DNA of 64,000 bases, from NCBI GenBank assembly GCA_963787175.1, contig CAWBCA010000016.1, positions 172,113 through 236,112 on the forward strand, in the 5' to 3' direction. Source of the DNA: an uncultured Acidobacteriota bacterium (GTDB taxonomy: Bacteria > Acidobacteriota > Vicinamibacteria > Vicinamibacterales > 2-12-FULL-66-21). Shown piece after piece: positions 47,629 through 57,220 of the stretch. The notes below the pieces were generated by a model that was not told where the DNA came from, made no database searches, and saw nothing but the letters and a program-made list of their open reading frames with translations. Made by a program: the position numbers and the translations under genes. Every line of letters starts with the position of its first letter. Positions within the stretch are counted from its first letter, which is position 1.

Positions 47629-48146
47629 AGCGGCTGGCGGCGGCGCGTTGTCTGGCTCTGGCCTGGTGTGTCGCAGCCTGTGACGACAGACGGATCGATA
47701 TGGTGAAGAGAAACGCGGTCTCGGTCGGCGATTTCGCATGGGGGCCACGCTGCGCCGAAGGGGTCGCGCTCGGGCTGTTCGTGCCGCAGCGAACGTTCGC
47801 ACCCGACACCAGCGTGCCGTGGCAGTGGGCGCTCCGCAGCCTCACCGACTCGTTGGTCGAAGTCACGACCCGCCACCGTGACGATCCGGTGTTTCGCGCG
47901 CGGCTGGCCATCCGGCGGGCCGGTTCGTCAGAGACGTTGTTCGAATTCAGTCCGCCGCCGCCCGTCACCGCGTCGAGCATTGCAGAGAAGACCGCTGTGC
48001 TGAACGAGCCGACGATGCTCGCGGGCGGGGACGCGTCGATCGACCGCTCCTGGGGTCCCGGCGAATACGACCTGCAGCTGACGTTCGGCGGCCCGTCATT
48101 CACGTTCGAGTGCCGGAGCGGCGTGGTTCGCATCGTGGTGCGTTGA
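47625..48146 (+). CDS. Putative lipoprotein (candidate immunity/accessory protein)
   Basis: MKR + hydrophobic stretch + lipobox-like VAAC; ATGA overlap with the upstream gene. Confidence 0.65.
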   Translation: MKRLAAARCLALAWCVAACDDRRIDMVKRNAVSVGDFAWGPRCAEGVALGLFVPQRTFAPDTSVPWQWALRSLTDSLVEVTTRHRDDPVFRARLAIRRAGSSETLFEFSPPPPVTASSIAEKTAVLNEPTMLAGGDASIDRSWGPGEYDLQLTFGGPSFTFECRSGVVRIVVR

Positions 48147-48147
48147 C

Positions 48148-48801
48148 ATGAGCACGTTTCCCGGCGCACCGCGGCTCCTCAAGGGGGGGCTGGTCCTCAT
48201 CGACAGCGAGAGCGCGCGCGTCCTCCGCATCATCCCGCTGCAGTACAACCCGGAGACGCTGACGCGGACGCTCCAGATACGCGGGATCGGTGACGACGGC
48301 GGCGATCACATCGAGGCGCTCCGCCTGAAGGGGCCACCGACCGAGACGATCAAGCTCGAGGCCGAGATCGACGCCTCCGACCGGCTCGAAACCAGCGATC
48401 CGCAGGCGACCGGCGCGGGCATCCACCCGCAGCTGGCGGCACTGGAAACCATGGTGTATCCGGCCAGCGCGCACCTCTTGTTCAACCGCGCCCAGGCGTC
48501 GTCCGGCTCGCTGGAGATCGCGCCGCTGCAGGGCCCGCTGATGCTGTTCATCTTCGGGGCGCGGCGCATCCTGCCGGTCCGCATCACCGAGCTGACGATC
48601 ACCGAAGAAGCATTCGATCCCGCACTCAATCCGATTCGCGCGAAGGTGAGCCTCGGCATGCGGGTGCTGACCGTGGACGACGTCGGGTTCGACGGGAAGG
48701 CAGGCGGCTTGTTCATGAGTTACCTGCAGGCCAAGGAGCAGCTGGCCGCGCAGAGCAAAGGCGGGGAGCTCGACGCACTGGGGATCACCGGCATTCCGTG
48801 A
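48148..48801 (+). CDS. eCIS tube-initiator-like protein (Afp7/CIS tube family)
   Basis: LQYNPETLTRTL, ETIKLEAEIDA, ILPVRIT.L.ITEEAFDP.LNPIRAKV. Confidence 0.8.
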   Translation: MSTFPGAPRLLKGGLVLIDSESARVLRIIPLQYNPETLTRTLQIRGIGDDGGDHIEALRLKGPPTETIKLEAEIDASDRLETSDPQATGAGIHPQLAALETMVYPASAHLLFNRAQASSGSLEIAPLQGPLMLFIFGARRILPVRITELTITEEAFDPALNPIRAKVSLGMRVLTVDDVGFDGKAGGLFMSYLQAKEQLAAQSKGGELDALGITGIP

Positions 48802-48811
48802 GGAGCAGAGC

Positions 48812-49135
48812 ATGGCGACGTTCAACTTCCCGGCCACCAGCCGCTACGCAGGCATCGAAACCGCGACGGTGACGACACCCGGGGGAGAGGTAATCGTGTA
48901 CCTGCGCCGCCGATTCGTGCCGTCGCCCGATCGCTTCTCGATCATGCGTGAGCACATCGTCGCGGAAGGAGAGCGGCTCGACACCGTCACGGCCCTGTAT
49001 CTCGGCGATCCGGAGGCGTTCTGGCGCGTGGCCGACGCCAACAATGCGATGCGGCCCGAAGCGCTGACCGAGTCGACCGGACGCCGTATCAGGATCGCGC
49101 TGCCCGAAGGGATTCCGGGGCTGCCGGATGCTTAA
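48812..49135 (+). CDS. LysM/tail X-like baseplate protein
   Basis: SRY, YLRRRF, GERLD.....YLGDP..FWRVADAN. Confidence 0.85.
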   Translation: MATFNFPATSRYAGIETATVTTPGGEVIVYLRRRFVPSPDRFSIMREHIVAEGERLDTVTALYLGDPEAFWRVADANNAMRPEALTESTGRRIRIALPEGIPGLPDA

Positions 49136-50255
49136 GGGGGTCCATCTCACGCTCATGATCGGGCCGGCGGTGCCGGTCCCGGCGCCGCAGTCCGTCATCG
49201 ACGCACTGCTGAACGTCCAGGTGACGAGCGGCAAGGCCAAAGCCGGCTTTCAGCTCACGTTCGCCGTGAGCAAGAGGTCGCCGCTGCTGACGAGCATGCT
49301 GCCTGCCGGCTACTTCGATCCGATCATCACGCGCGTCATCATCGTCGTCACGCTCGGCGGGTTCCCGAACGTGATCATGGATGGCATGGTGACGCGTCAG
49401 GAGCTGGCGCCCAGCAGCGAACCCGGGCAGTCCACGCTGACCATCACCGGCGAGGACTTGAGCGTGCTGATGGACGTCGTCGAGCTGCCGTTCCTGCGCT
49501 ACCCGGGCGTGCCGGACATCGGCAAGGTCTACCTGATCCTCGCCAAGTATGCGGCGTTCGGGATCGTGCCGCTGGCGATCCCGCCGTTCATCACCGACGT
49601 GCCGATTCCGACCAAGAAGATCGACTGCCACGAGGGAACCGATCTGCACTATCTGAAGAAGCTCGCTCACTCGCACGGGTACGTCTTCTACGTGGAGCCG
49701 GGTCCGGCGCCCGGTCAGAGCATCGCCTACTGGGGACCCGACATCCGCATCCCGGTGCCGCAGCCGGCGCTCACGATCAACATGGACGCGCACACCAATG
49801 TGGAGTCGATGACGTTCAGCCTCGACGGGCTCGCGAAGAAGATCCTGGTCTTCGGCGTCTACGACCCGATCACGCACAAGATTCCGATCCCGCTGCCGCT
49901 GCCGAATCTGAACTTGTTCAAGCCGCCGCTCGGGCGGCGGATCACGCCGCCCGCCAAGGTGGAGTTTCCCGACTGGTCGTTCAGCGAGGAGGCGCCGGGC
50001 GTCCTCGACAGGATCCTGGGCGCCCTCGCGCGCTCGTCCGAGGCCGTCACCGTCTCGGGCTCGCTCGACGTGACGCGGTACGGCCGCGTGCTGAGGAACC
50101 GGATGCTGGTCGGCGTCCGCGGAGCTGGGCTCGCCTACGACGGCCTCTATTACGTCGACACCGTCACGCACGCGATCAAGCGCGGCGAGTACAAGCAGAA
50201 CTTCCAGCTCAGTCGCGACGGGCTGATCTCGAACACTCCGCAGGTTGCAGTATGA
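49128..50255 (+). CDS. Baseplate hub (phage late control D / gp27-like)
   Basis: GEDLSVLMD, TDL.YL..LA...GYVFYVEPGP, G.LD..RYG..L, GAG..YDG.YYV..VTH. Confidence 0.8.
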   Translation: MLKGVHLTLMIGPAVPVPAPQSVIDALLNVQVTSGKAKAGFQLTFAVSKRSPLLTSMLPAGYFDPIITRVIIVVTLGGFPNVIMDGMVTRQELAPSSEPGQSTLTITGEDLSVLMDVVELPFLRYPGVPDIGKVYLILAKYAAFGIVPLAIPPFITDVPIPTKKIDCHEGTDLHYLKKLAHSHGYVFYVEPGPAPGQSIAYWGPDIRIPVPQPALTINMDAHTNVESMTFSLDGLAKKILVFGVYDPITHKIPIPLPLPNLNLFKPPLGRRITPPAKVEFPDWSFSEEAPGVLDRILGALARSSEAVTVSGSLDVTRYGRVLRNRMLVGVRGAGLAYDGLYYVDTVTHAIKRGEYKQNFQLSRDGLISNTPQVAV

Positions 50256-50791
50256 ACGATCCCGCGGAAGGAAAGCGCTTCTACGGTAAGTACCGCGGCA
50301 CGGTCGTGCTCAACGCCGACCCGGAGTTCCGCGGCCGCATCACGGCCCTGGTGCCGGCCGTCCTCGGGTTGACTCCCTCGAGCTGGTGCGAGGCCTGCAC
50401 GCCGCTCGCCGGCCCGACCGGACCGCCGATGGGCGTCTACATGGTCCCGCCGATCGGCGCCGGGGTGTGGGTGGAGTTCGAGAATGGAGATCCGCAGAAA
50501 CCGATCTGGTCGGGATGCCGCTTGAGCAGCGGCAACGTCCCACCGCTGGCGCTGGCGGGGAACCCGGCAGACCCGAACATCTGCATCCAATCGCTGCTGC
50601 AGCACTCGATCACGGTCAGCGACATGCCGCCGACGCCGCTGACCGGCGGGATCATCCTGAGAAGCACGACGGGCGCGATGATCGTCGTGAACGACAGCGG
50701 CATCTACATCCAGAACGGCAAGGGAGCCATGATCACGATGCTGGGAACCGCGATCGATTTCAACAGCGGCGCGCTGACGATCCTGAAGTGA
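50252..50791 (+). CDS. Spike protein (gp5/GpV OB-fold)
   Basis: FYGKYRG.V..N.DP...GRI...VP, P.IGAGVWVEFE.GD...PIW.G. Confidence 0.9.
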   Translation: MNDPAEGKRFYGKYRGTVVLNADPEFRGRITALVPAVLGLTPSSWCEACTPLAGPTGPPMGVYMVPPIGAGVWVEFENGDPQKPIWSGCRLSSGNVPPLALAGNPADPNICIQSLLQHSITVSDMPPTPLTGGIILRSTTGAMIVVNDSGIYIQNGKGAMITMLGTAIDFNSGALTILK

Positions 50792-50800
50792 GGGATTGAC

Positions 50801-51157
50801 ATGCCAGGGCTGCTCATGCACGTCGGTGTGGTGATGAAGTGCACGCACGGCGCGACCGCGACGGTCGCGCCATCGCAGCCGCGGGTGGTGGTGAACGGCC
50901 AGCCCGTCGCCACGATGATGAGCCCCATCGGCGTTGCGGGCTGCCCGTTCCAGGTTCCCATCGGGACGGGCACGAAGCCGCAACCGTGCGTCACGGTCAA
51001 GTGGGGGATGGCGTCGGCACGCTTCCTCGTCAACGGCCAGCCCGCGGCGCTCCTTCCGGCACCAGGTCCCGCGCCGGCCGTCTGCCAGAGCCTGGAGCAG
51101 ATCCCACAGGGACCCCCGGCCGTCTCCACGGTGCAAATGCGCGTGATTGGGAGCTGA
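50801..51157 (+). CDS. PAAR-like spike tip (DUF4280 type)
   Basis: C-x-HG, GCPF, PC..V.W, two VNGQP repeats. Confidence 0.82.
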   Translation: MPGLLMHVGVVMKCTHGATATVAPSQPRVVVNGQPVATMMSPIGVAGCPFQVPIGTGTKPQPCVTVKWGMASARFLVNGQPAALLPAPGPAPAVCQSLEQIPQGPPAVSTVQMRVIGS

Positions 51158-51161
51158 CGCG

Positions 51162-51518
51162 ATGTTCGTTGACTATCCACTTCACTTCGACAGCCGCGGG
51201 CGGACCGCCGCCACGACAGAAGCGGACCACGTCCGGGACATGCTCGAGCAGCTGATCTTCACCAATCCCGGCGAGCGTGTGAACCGGCCCGACTTCGGAA
51301 GTGGCCTGCTCCAGCTCCTGTTCGCGCCGAACAGTCCCGAGCTCGCCGCGACGGTGCAGTTCACGCTCCAGGCGGCCGTCCAGCGCTGGCTCGGCGACGT
51401 CGTGGAGCTCAGGGGCCTGGAGGTGACGGCCGTCGATTCGGTGCTGACGCTCGACTTGAGTTACGTGATCCGGCGAACCGGCGAGGAGCGGACCGAGACG
51501 TTGACGCGAGCCCTCTGA
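51162..51518 (+). CDS. Baseplate wedge GPW/gp25 protein
   Basis: T.PGERVNRPDFGSGL. Confidence 0.92.
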   Translation: MFVDYPLHFDSRGRTAATTEADHVRDMLEQLIFTNPGERVNRPDFGSGLLQLLFAPNSPELAATVQFTLQAAVQRWLGDVVELRGLEVTAVDSVLTLDLSYVIRRTGEERTETLTRAL

Positions 51519-51532
51519 TTCGGAGCATTGTC

Positions 51533-54046
51533 ATGGGTCTGTGTTGCCAGCAGGACGACCGGCGGGACGGCGTGCGCCGCATGCAGGGGCGTAACGGGCT
51601 TGACTACGTCGAGGTGAGCGACGATCAACGCTCGCTGCAGGCTTACTTCCTCGGCAAGCTGCCGCCGGAGTTCACGCAGGGCGACGCGCCGCCGGAGACG
51701 TACCTGCGCATCGAGGGGGGACAGCGCATCACCGGGATCGAGGTCGTGTCGGTCACCCCCGAGGTCGATCCGGATCCCGAGAAAGACGACGTGCTGAGCC
51801 TGCGGGTGAGCGCGTTCGGCGACTTCTCCACCTACACGCTGCGTCTCGTGGGCGTGAAGAACATCGATCCGCGGTACGACAGTGTCGACTTTTCGTTCAA
51901 GGTGAACTGCCCGTCCACCGAGGACTGTGCTGCCGTCTGCGCGTGTTCGCAGCCGGGCGAGACGCATCCGGCCATCAACTACCTCGCGAAGGACTACGCC
52001 TCCTTTCGACAGCTGATCCTCGACCGGCTCGCGGTGCTGATGCCGGACTGGCGCGAACGGCACGCCCCCGACCTGATGATTGCGCTCGTCGAGGTGCTCG
52101 CCTACACGGGCGACTATCTGAGTTACTACCAGGACGCTGTCGCGACCGAGGCGTATCTCGACACGGCACGACAGCGCATCTCGGTGCGGCGGCACGGACG
52201 GCTCGTCGACTACCTGCTGCACGAAGGGTGCAACGCGCGGGCATGGATCTGCGCCGAAGTCAGCGGCGACGTGACGCTGATGCCGCGCGAGATCGCCTGC
52301 ATCACGGGCCTCAACGAGGCGCTGTCGACGGGCCTGCGCGTGCTCGGCTGGGAGGATCTCGTCGACGACCCTGCCGAGACCTACGAGGTCTTCGAGCCCC
52401 TCGTCGACGACCCCGCGGAGCCGATCGTGCTGCATGCATCGCACAATCGCATTCGCTTCCATACCTGGCGGAACACGCGCTGCTGTCTCGAACGGGGAAG
52501 CACGTCTGCAACGCTCGCGGACGCCGGAACCGGCGACGACCGGGCGCTCGACCTCGCGCCCGGCGATGTCCTGATCTTCGAGGAAGTCGTCGGCGTCCGC
52601 ACCGGCCTTCCCGCCGACGCCGACCCGTCCCGCAGACATGCCGTACGGCTCACCGCAGTCAGCCGCAGTGAAGACCCGCTCGGCCACGGGGCGGCTCCGA
52701 CGCCGGTGCTCGAGATCGAATGGGGCGTGGACGACGCGTTGCCGTTCCCGTTCTGCCTGTCGGCGATGGGTCCTGCACCGGAGTGCCGCTACATCGAGAA
52801 CATCACCATCGCGCGCGGCAACGTGATCCTCGTCGATCACGGCCGGACTGTTGACGAAGAAGCGCTCGGGACGGTGCCGACAGGCGTGTCGGAGCAGTCC
52901 TGCGAGTGTGCAGGCCGCCCCGGCGAGGTGGAGCGGCGTGCCGCGATGTTCCGTCCGTCGCTGCGACATCATCCCGTCACGTTCAGCGAGGCGCTGCCGA
53001 CTTCGACACAGCACGGTTCGCCCGGGATGTCGGAGCGGATCCCCTCTGCGGCCGCGCTGATGCGGCAGAATGTCCGCCGCGCGTCCGCGCAGGTGTGGCT
53101 GACCTCGGATCTGGCGCAACCGTGGACCGCCCGCGCCGACCTGATCGGCAGCACTCCTTCCGATCCCCACTTCGTCGTCGAGGTCGACAACGAGCGTATT
53201 GCCCACTTGCGGTTCGGCGACGGCGAGCTCGGGCTCGAGCCGCCGGCCGGCCTCACGATGAGCGCACGCTATCGGATCGGCAGCGGGATGGTCGGCAATG
53301 TCGGCGCTGAAGCGATTGGACGGCTGGTGGTGGCGCAGCGGCTCAGCGGCGTGTCCATCTCGATCCGTAATCCGATCGCGGCGGCCGGCGGCGCCGACCC
53401 GGAGCCGCTCGCCGAGGCGAAACTGGTTGCGCCCCACGCCTTCCGCACGGTCCTCGACCGCGCCGTGATCGCCGAGGACTACGCCGATATCGCGATGGGC
53501 GATGCTCGAATGCAGCGCGCGTCGGCCGATCTCGTGTGGAGCGGCAGCTGGTACGAGGCCGTCGTGGCCATCGACCCACGGGCGGCGACCCGGGAGGACC
53601 AGCTCGCGTTCGAGACGAAGCGGCGGCTGGCCAGGTATCGCCGTATGGGGCACGACCTCGGTGTCGTCCGCGCGCGATACGTCCCGTTGCAGCTGCGCCT
53701 GGAAGTCTGCGTGCTCCCGTACCACGAGCGCGGACGCGTCAAGGCCGCGCTGGTAGACGCCTTCAGCGCTCGCGACCTCCCGGGGGGAGGCCGCGGGTTC
53801 TTCCACCCCGACAATCTCACGTTCGGTCAGGGCATCTCGGTCAGCCGGATCGTGGCGGCGGCACAGCACGTCGCGGGGGTCGAGTGCGCGCGCGTGGCCC
53901 GGCTTCATCGCCTGTTCGAATCGCCGAACCAGGAGATCGAGAGCGGTGTGCTGCCCCTGCGCGGCTTCGAGATCGCACAGCTGGACAGCGATCCCAGCTT
54001 TCCGGAACGCGGTCTGCTCGACATCGCGGTGTCTGGAGGGAAGTGA
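51533..54046 (+). CDS. Baseplate J-like assembly protein 1
   Basis: INYLAKDYASFR, LSYYQDAVATEAYL.TAR.R.S, RFGDG..G..P, YRIG.G..GN, RAV...DY. Confidence 0.9.
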   Translation: MGLCCQQDDRRDGVRRMQGRNGLDYVEVSDDQRSLQAYFLGKLPPEFTQGDAPPETYLRIEGGQRITGIEVVSVTPEVDPDPEKDDVLSLRVSAFGDFSTYTLRLVGVKNIDPRYDSVDFSFKVNCPSTEDCAAVCACSQPGETHPAINYLAKDYASFRQLILDRLAVLMPDWRERHAPDLMIALVEVLAYTGDYLSYYQDAVATEAYLDTARQRISVRRHGRLVDYLLHEGCNARAWICAEVSGDVTLMPREIACITGLNEALSTGLRVLGWEDLVDDPAETYEVFEPLVDDPAEPIVLHASHNRIRFHTWRNTRCCLERGSTSATLADAGTGDDRALDLAPGDVLIFEEVVGVRTGLPADADPSRRHAVRLTAVSRSEDPLGHGAAPTPVLEIEWGVDDALPFPFCLSAMGPAPECRYIENITIARGNVILVDHGRTVDEEALGTVPTGVSEQSCECAGRPGEVERRAAMFRPSLRHHPVTFSEALPTSTQHGSPGMSERIPSAAALMRQNVRRASAQVWLTSDLAQPWTARADLIGSTPSDPHFVVEVDNERIAHLRFGDGELGLEPPAGLTMSARYRIGSGMVGNVGAEAIGRLVVAQRLSGVSISIRNPIAAAGGADPEPLAEAKLVAPHAFRTVLDRAVIAEDYADIAMGDARMQRASADLVWSGSWYEAVVAIDPRAATREDQLAFETKRRLARYRRMGHDLGVVRARYVPLQLRLEVCVLPYHERGRVKAALVDAFSARDLPGGGRGFFHPDNLTFGQGISVSRIVAAAQHVAGVECARVARLHRLFESPNQEIESGVLPLRGFEIAQLDSDPSFPERGLLDIAVSGGK

Positions 54047-57000
54047 TGAGCGGTTCACACTGCCACTGCGGAAGCGCCGGCTGCGGCTGCTGCGAGGGTC
54101 TGGCGCCGCTGACGCCACTTCCGACCGCCAACCGCCCGGGGCTCCCCGCCCTGCGTTATCGCGCCGGGACGCACGGCGCCTTCTTCGAGACGATGAAGGG
54201 GCGGCTGGCAACCATGGAGGTCGACGCGATCGCCGCAGACGGGCAGACGATCGAGCGCGTCAGACCCCTCGTCGGCCTGACGACGAGAGACGCCGGCGAT
54301 CCGGCAATTGCGCTCCTCGACGCGTGGGCGACAGTCGGCGACGTCCTCACCTTCTATCAGGAGCGGATCGCCAACGAAGGCTATCTCCGTACGGCCACCG
54401 AGCGGCGCTCCGTGCTCGAGCTCGCGCGCCTGGTCGGCTATGCGTTGCGGCCCGGCGTCGCGTCGACCGTGTTCCTCGCCTACCTGCTCGACGACCTCCA
54501 GCTCCTGCCCGTCCAGATCGAAGCGGGCGCCCGCGCGCAAAGCATCCCGGGACCCGGCGAGCAGCCGCAATCGTTCGAGACCGGCGATCCACTGACCGCA
54601 CGGACGGAGTGGAACGACCTCCACGTGCGCCGGGCGCGCCCGCAGCGGATCAGCTTCGACAACGCGCTGTCGATTGAGCGCATCTACATCGACGGCATCT
54701 CCGCCGGCCTGAAGAAGGGGAACCTTCTGCTCCTTGCGTTCGATACCGGGCCGTCGGTCGTCCGCGCTGTGTACGATCCGATTGCCGAACCGGAAAGCGG
54801 CCGCACGAACGTGGCGCTGCAGCCGGTGCCGCCGCAGACCGCCGCGGCGCTGCCGGCGCTGTTCGAGTTCATCGAGGCAGCCGCGGCCGTTGTCACCGAG
54901 CCCGGACACGGCGCAGCCGGCCGCATGCTCGAGCGCGCGCAGGAGATCGCGGCTGGCATCCTCCTCGGCGTCTACACCTCTCCGTTGCTGTGGACCGAGT
55001 CCCTGACGAACGCGGCGGACGGCGACGTGCCGGACCTCGAGGACGCCTTCCAACGCCTGAGCGACCGGATCGAGGAGATCACCGAGGGCCCGGACCCACC
55101 ACCGCCACCGCCCGTGGTGACGGATCCGTCCCTCTTCATTCCGCAGCTGCTGAAGCGCCGTCGCGTGCAGCCGGCGAGCAGTCTGCAATTGAGCCGGGAC
55201 CTGGCGGCATCGTTCAGCGAGGGTGCGGACGTCCAGGCCCGGCTGCTCGTCAACCTGGCGCCCGAGCTGAAAGACACTTTGTACGTGGCGTGGGCGAACG
55301 CGGACGTGAACGCCGCTGCATCAACGCTGCAGGGTGTCTTCGTCTTCCGCACCTCCGCACCGCTCTTCGGTGCAACGGTGCAGAAGCAGCCCACGTTCTT
55401 CACCGATGACAGCGATGGCACGAATCCCCACTTCAGAGGGCAGCCGAGGCCGCAGAGCGAGTGGCTGGAGTGGACGCTCGACGGCGAGGGCAACGACACC
55501 GTGTTCCTCGACCAGCCGAACGAAGACATCCTGCCGGGAGGCTTTGCGCTCGTCCAGCGGGCCGTGCCTTTCGCGGACCAGGACGTCGCGCGGTCGGTCC
55601 ACCGGATCGCTGATGTCCGAACGCTGCAGCGAACCGGGTACGGATTCAGCGGGAAGACAACCCGGCTGCGGTTCGAGGACAGCTGGTGGGACGTCGCGTC
55701 CGACCACATGGGCACGCTGCGCTCGACGCTGGTGTACGCGCAGACCGAGCGCCTCAATCTGATCGAGGAACCCGTCCAAGATGCGGTCCAGGGTCAGGAG
55801 ATCGCGCTGGCGCGCCTGTACGGCGGGCTCGAGCCGGGGCGCTGGATCATCCTCTCCGGTGAACGTGCTGACATTCCAGGCGTGAGCGGCGTTACGGCGA
55901 GCGAGCTCCACATGATCTCGGGGGTGCGCCAGGATTACGACGACAGCCTGCCCGGAGATACGACCCGCACCACGCTCCTGCTCGCCACGCCTACGGCCTA
56001 CGCCTACCAACGCGCCGGCCTGCGGATCTACGGCAACGTGGTCAAGGCGACGCACGGAGAGACGCGGCGTGAGACGCTCGGGAGCGGCGACGCCAGCATC
56101 GAGCTCCAGGCCTTCTCTCTCAAGCAGCCTCCTCTGACGTTCGTGCCCGCCCCCAGTGCGTCGGGTGTGGAGAGCACGCTGAGCGTGTATGTCAACGACG
56201 TGAAATGGCACGAAGCCGGCGCGCTCGCCGGGGCAGGGCCCGCCGACCGCGTCTTTACGACCCGCACGGATGATACCGGCACGACCACCGTCGTTTTTGG
56301 GAACGGGCGCCGGGGCACGCGGCTGCCGACTGGAGTGGAGAACGTGAAGGCGGTCTACCGGAGCGGGATTGGCGCGGGCGGCAACGTCCGGGCAGAACAG
56401 GTCAGTCTGCTGCAGACGCAGCCGCAGGGCGTCAAGAGCGTGATCAATCCCCTCCGCGGGTCAGGCGGCGCGGAGCGGGAGAGCCGGGACCGCGCTCGCG
56501 AGAATGCGCCGCTCGCAGTGACCGCCCTGAATCGGCTGATCTCGATCCGTGACTACGGCGATTTCACGCGGACCTTCGCCGGCATCGCCAAGTCGGACGC
56601 GTGTCCGCTGAGCGACGGCAGTCGCATGCTCGTCCACATCACCATTGCCGGGGCCGACGACATCCCGATCGATCCGGAGTCCGATCTCTATCGCAACCTC
56701 GTCGAGGCGCTGCGCCGCTACGGCGACGCGTCCGTGCCGGTGTACGTGGAGCTTCGGGAGCTGGTGACGCTCGTCCTCAGCGCGAACGTTCGCCTCCACC
56801 CGGACTACTTGTGGGATCCGGTCGCGCGAAGCATCCGCCAAGCGCTCCTGGATGTCTTCGGATTCGAGAAGCGCGCCCTCGGGCAGCCGGCGCTGCTGTG
56901 CGAGGTCATTGCCGTCATTCAGAGGGTGCCCGGTGTCGAGTTCGTGGATGTCGACGTCTTCGGCGGGATCCCGGAGAAGGTCGCGGATTCCGACGGCACG

Positions 57001-57204
57001 CGGCGCCTGCTCACCCTCGAGGAAATCGAAGACGCAGTGAAGGAGATGACGACCCCCAGCTCGGGGCAGGTCGATGCGTCTCAGCCTGCTCCGCGCGTCG
57101 AGGTGCGGCGGGCGGGTCTGGAGGGCGGCTCGATCCGCCCGGCGCAGCTCGGGATCTTCCCGCCTGGCGTCGACGAGACGATCACGCTCAACCAGGTCAA
57201 GTGA
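54046..57204 (+). CDS. Baseplate J-like assembly protein 2
   Basis: Cys-rich start, DVLTFYQERIANEGYLRTATERRS, GNVVKATHGET, FGNG..G.R.PTG, R..S..DY..F. Confidence 0.9.
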   Translation: MSGSHCHCGSAGCGCCEGLAPLTPLPTANRPGLPALRYRAGTHGAFFETMKGRLATMEVDAIAADGQTIERVRPLVGLTTRDAGDPAIALLDAWATVGDVLTFYQERIANEGYLRTATERRSVLELARLVGYALRPGVASTVFLAYLLDDLQLLPVQIEAGARAQSIPGPGEQPQSFETGDPLTARTEWNDLHVRRARPQRISFDNALSIERIYIDGISAGLKKGNLLLLAFDTGPSVVRAVYDPIAEPESGRTNVALQPVPPQTAAALPALFEFIEAAAAVVTEPGHGAAGRMLERAQEIAAGILLGVYTSPLLWTESLTNAADGDVPDLEDAFQRLSDRIEEITEGPDPPPPPPVVTDPSLFIPQLLKRRRVQPASSLQLSRDLAASFSEGADVQARLLVNLAPELKDTLYVAWANADVNAAASTLQGVFVFRTSAPLFGATVQKQPTFFTDDSDGTNPHFRGQPRPQSEWLEWTLDGEGNDTVFLDQPNEDILPGGFALVQRAVPFADQDVARSVHRIADVRTLQRTGYGFSGKTTRLRFEDSWWDVASDHMGTLRSTLVYAQTERLNLIEEPVQDAVQGQEIALARLYGGLEPGRWIILSGERADIPGVSGVTASELHMISGVRQDYDDSLPGDTTRTTLLLATPTAYAYQRAGLRIYGNVVKATHGETRRETLGSGDASIELQAFSLKQPPLTFVPAPSASGVESTLSVYVNDVKWHEAGALAGAGPADRVFTTRTDDTGTTTVVFGNGRRGTRLPTGVENVKAVYRSGIGAGGNVRAEQVSLLQTQPQGVKSVINPLRGSGGAERESRDRARENAPLAVTALNRLISIRDYGDFTRTFAGIAKSDACPLSDGSRMLVHITIAGADDIPIDPESDLYRNLVEALRRYGDASVPVYVELRELVTLVLSANVRLHPDYLWDPVARSIRQALLDVFGFEKRALGQPALLCEVIAVIQRVPGVEFVDVDVFGGIPEKVADSDGTRRLLTLEEIEDAVKEMTTPSSGQVDASQPAPRVEVRRAGLEGGSIRPAQLGIFPPGVDETITLNQVK

Positions 57205-57220
57205 CCGGACGGACAGCATC

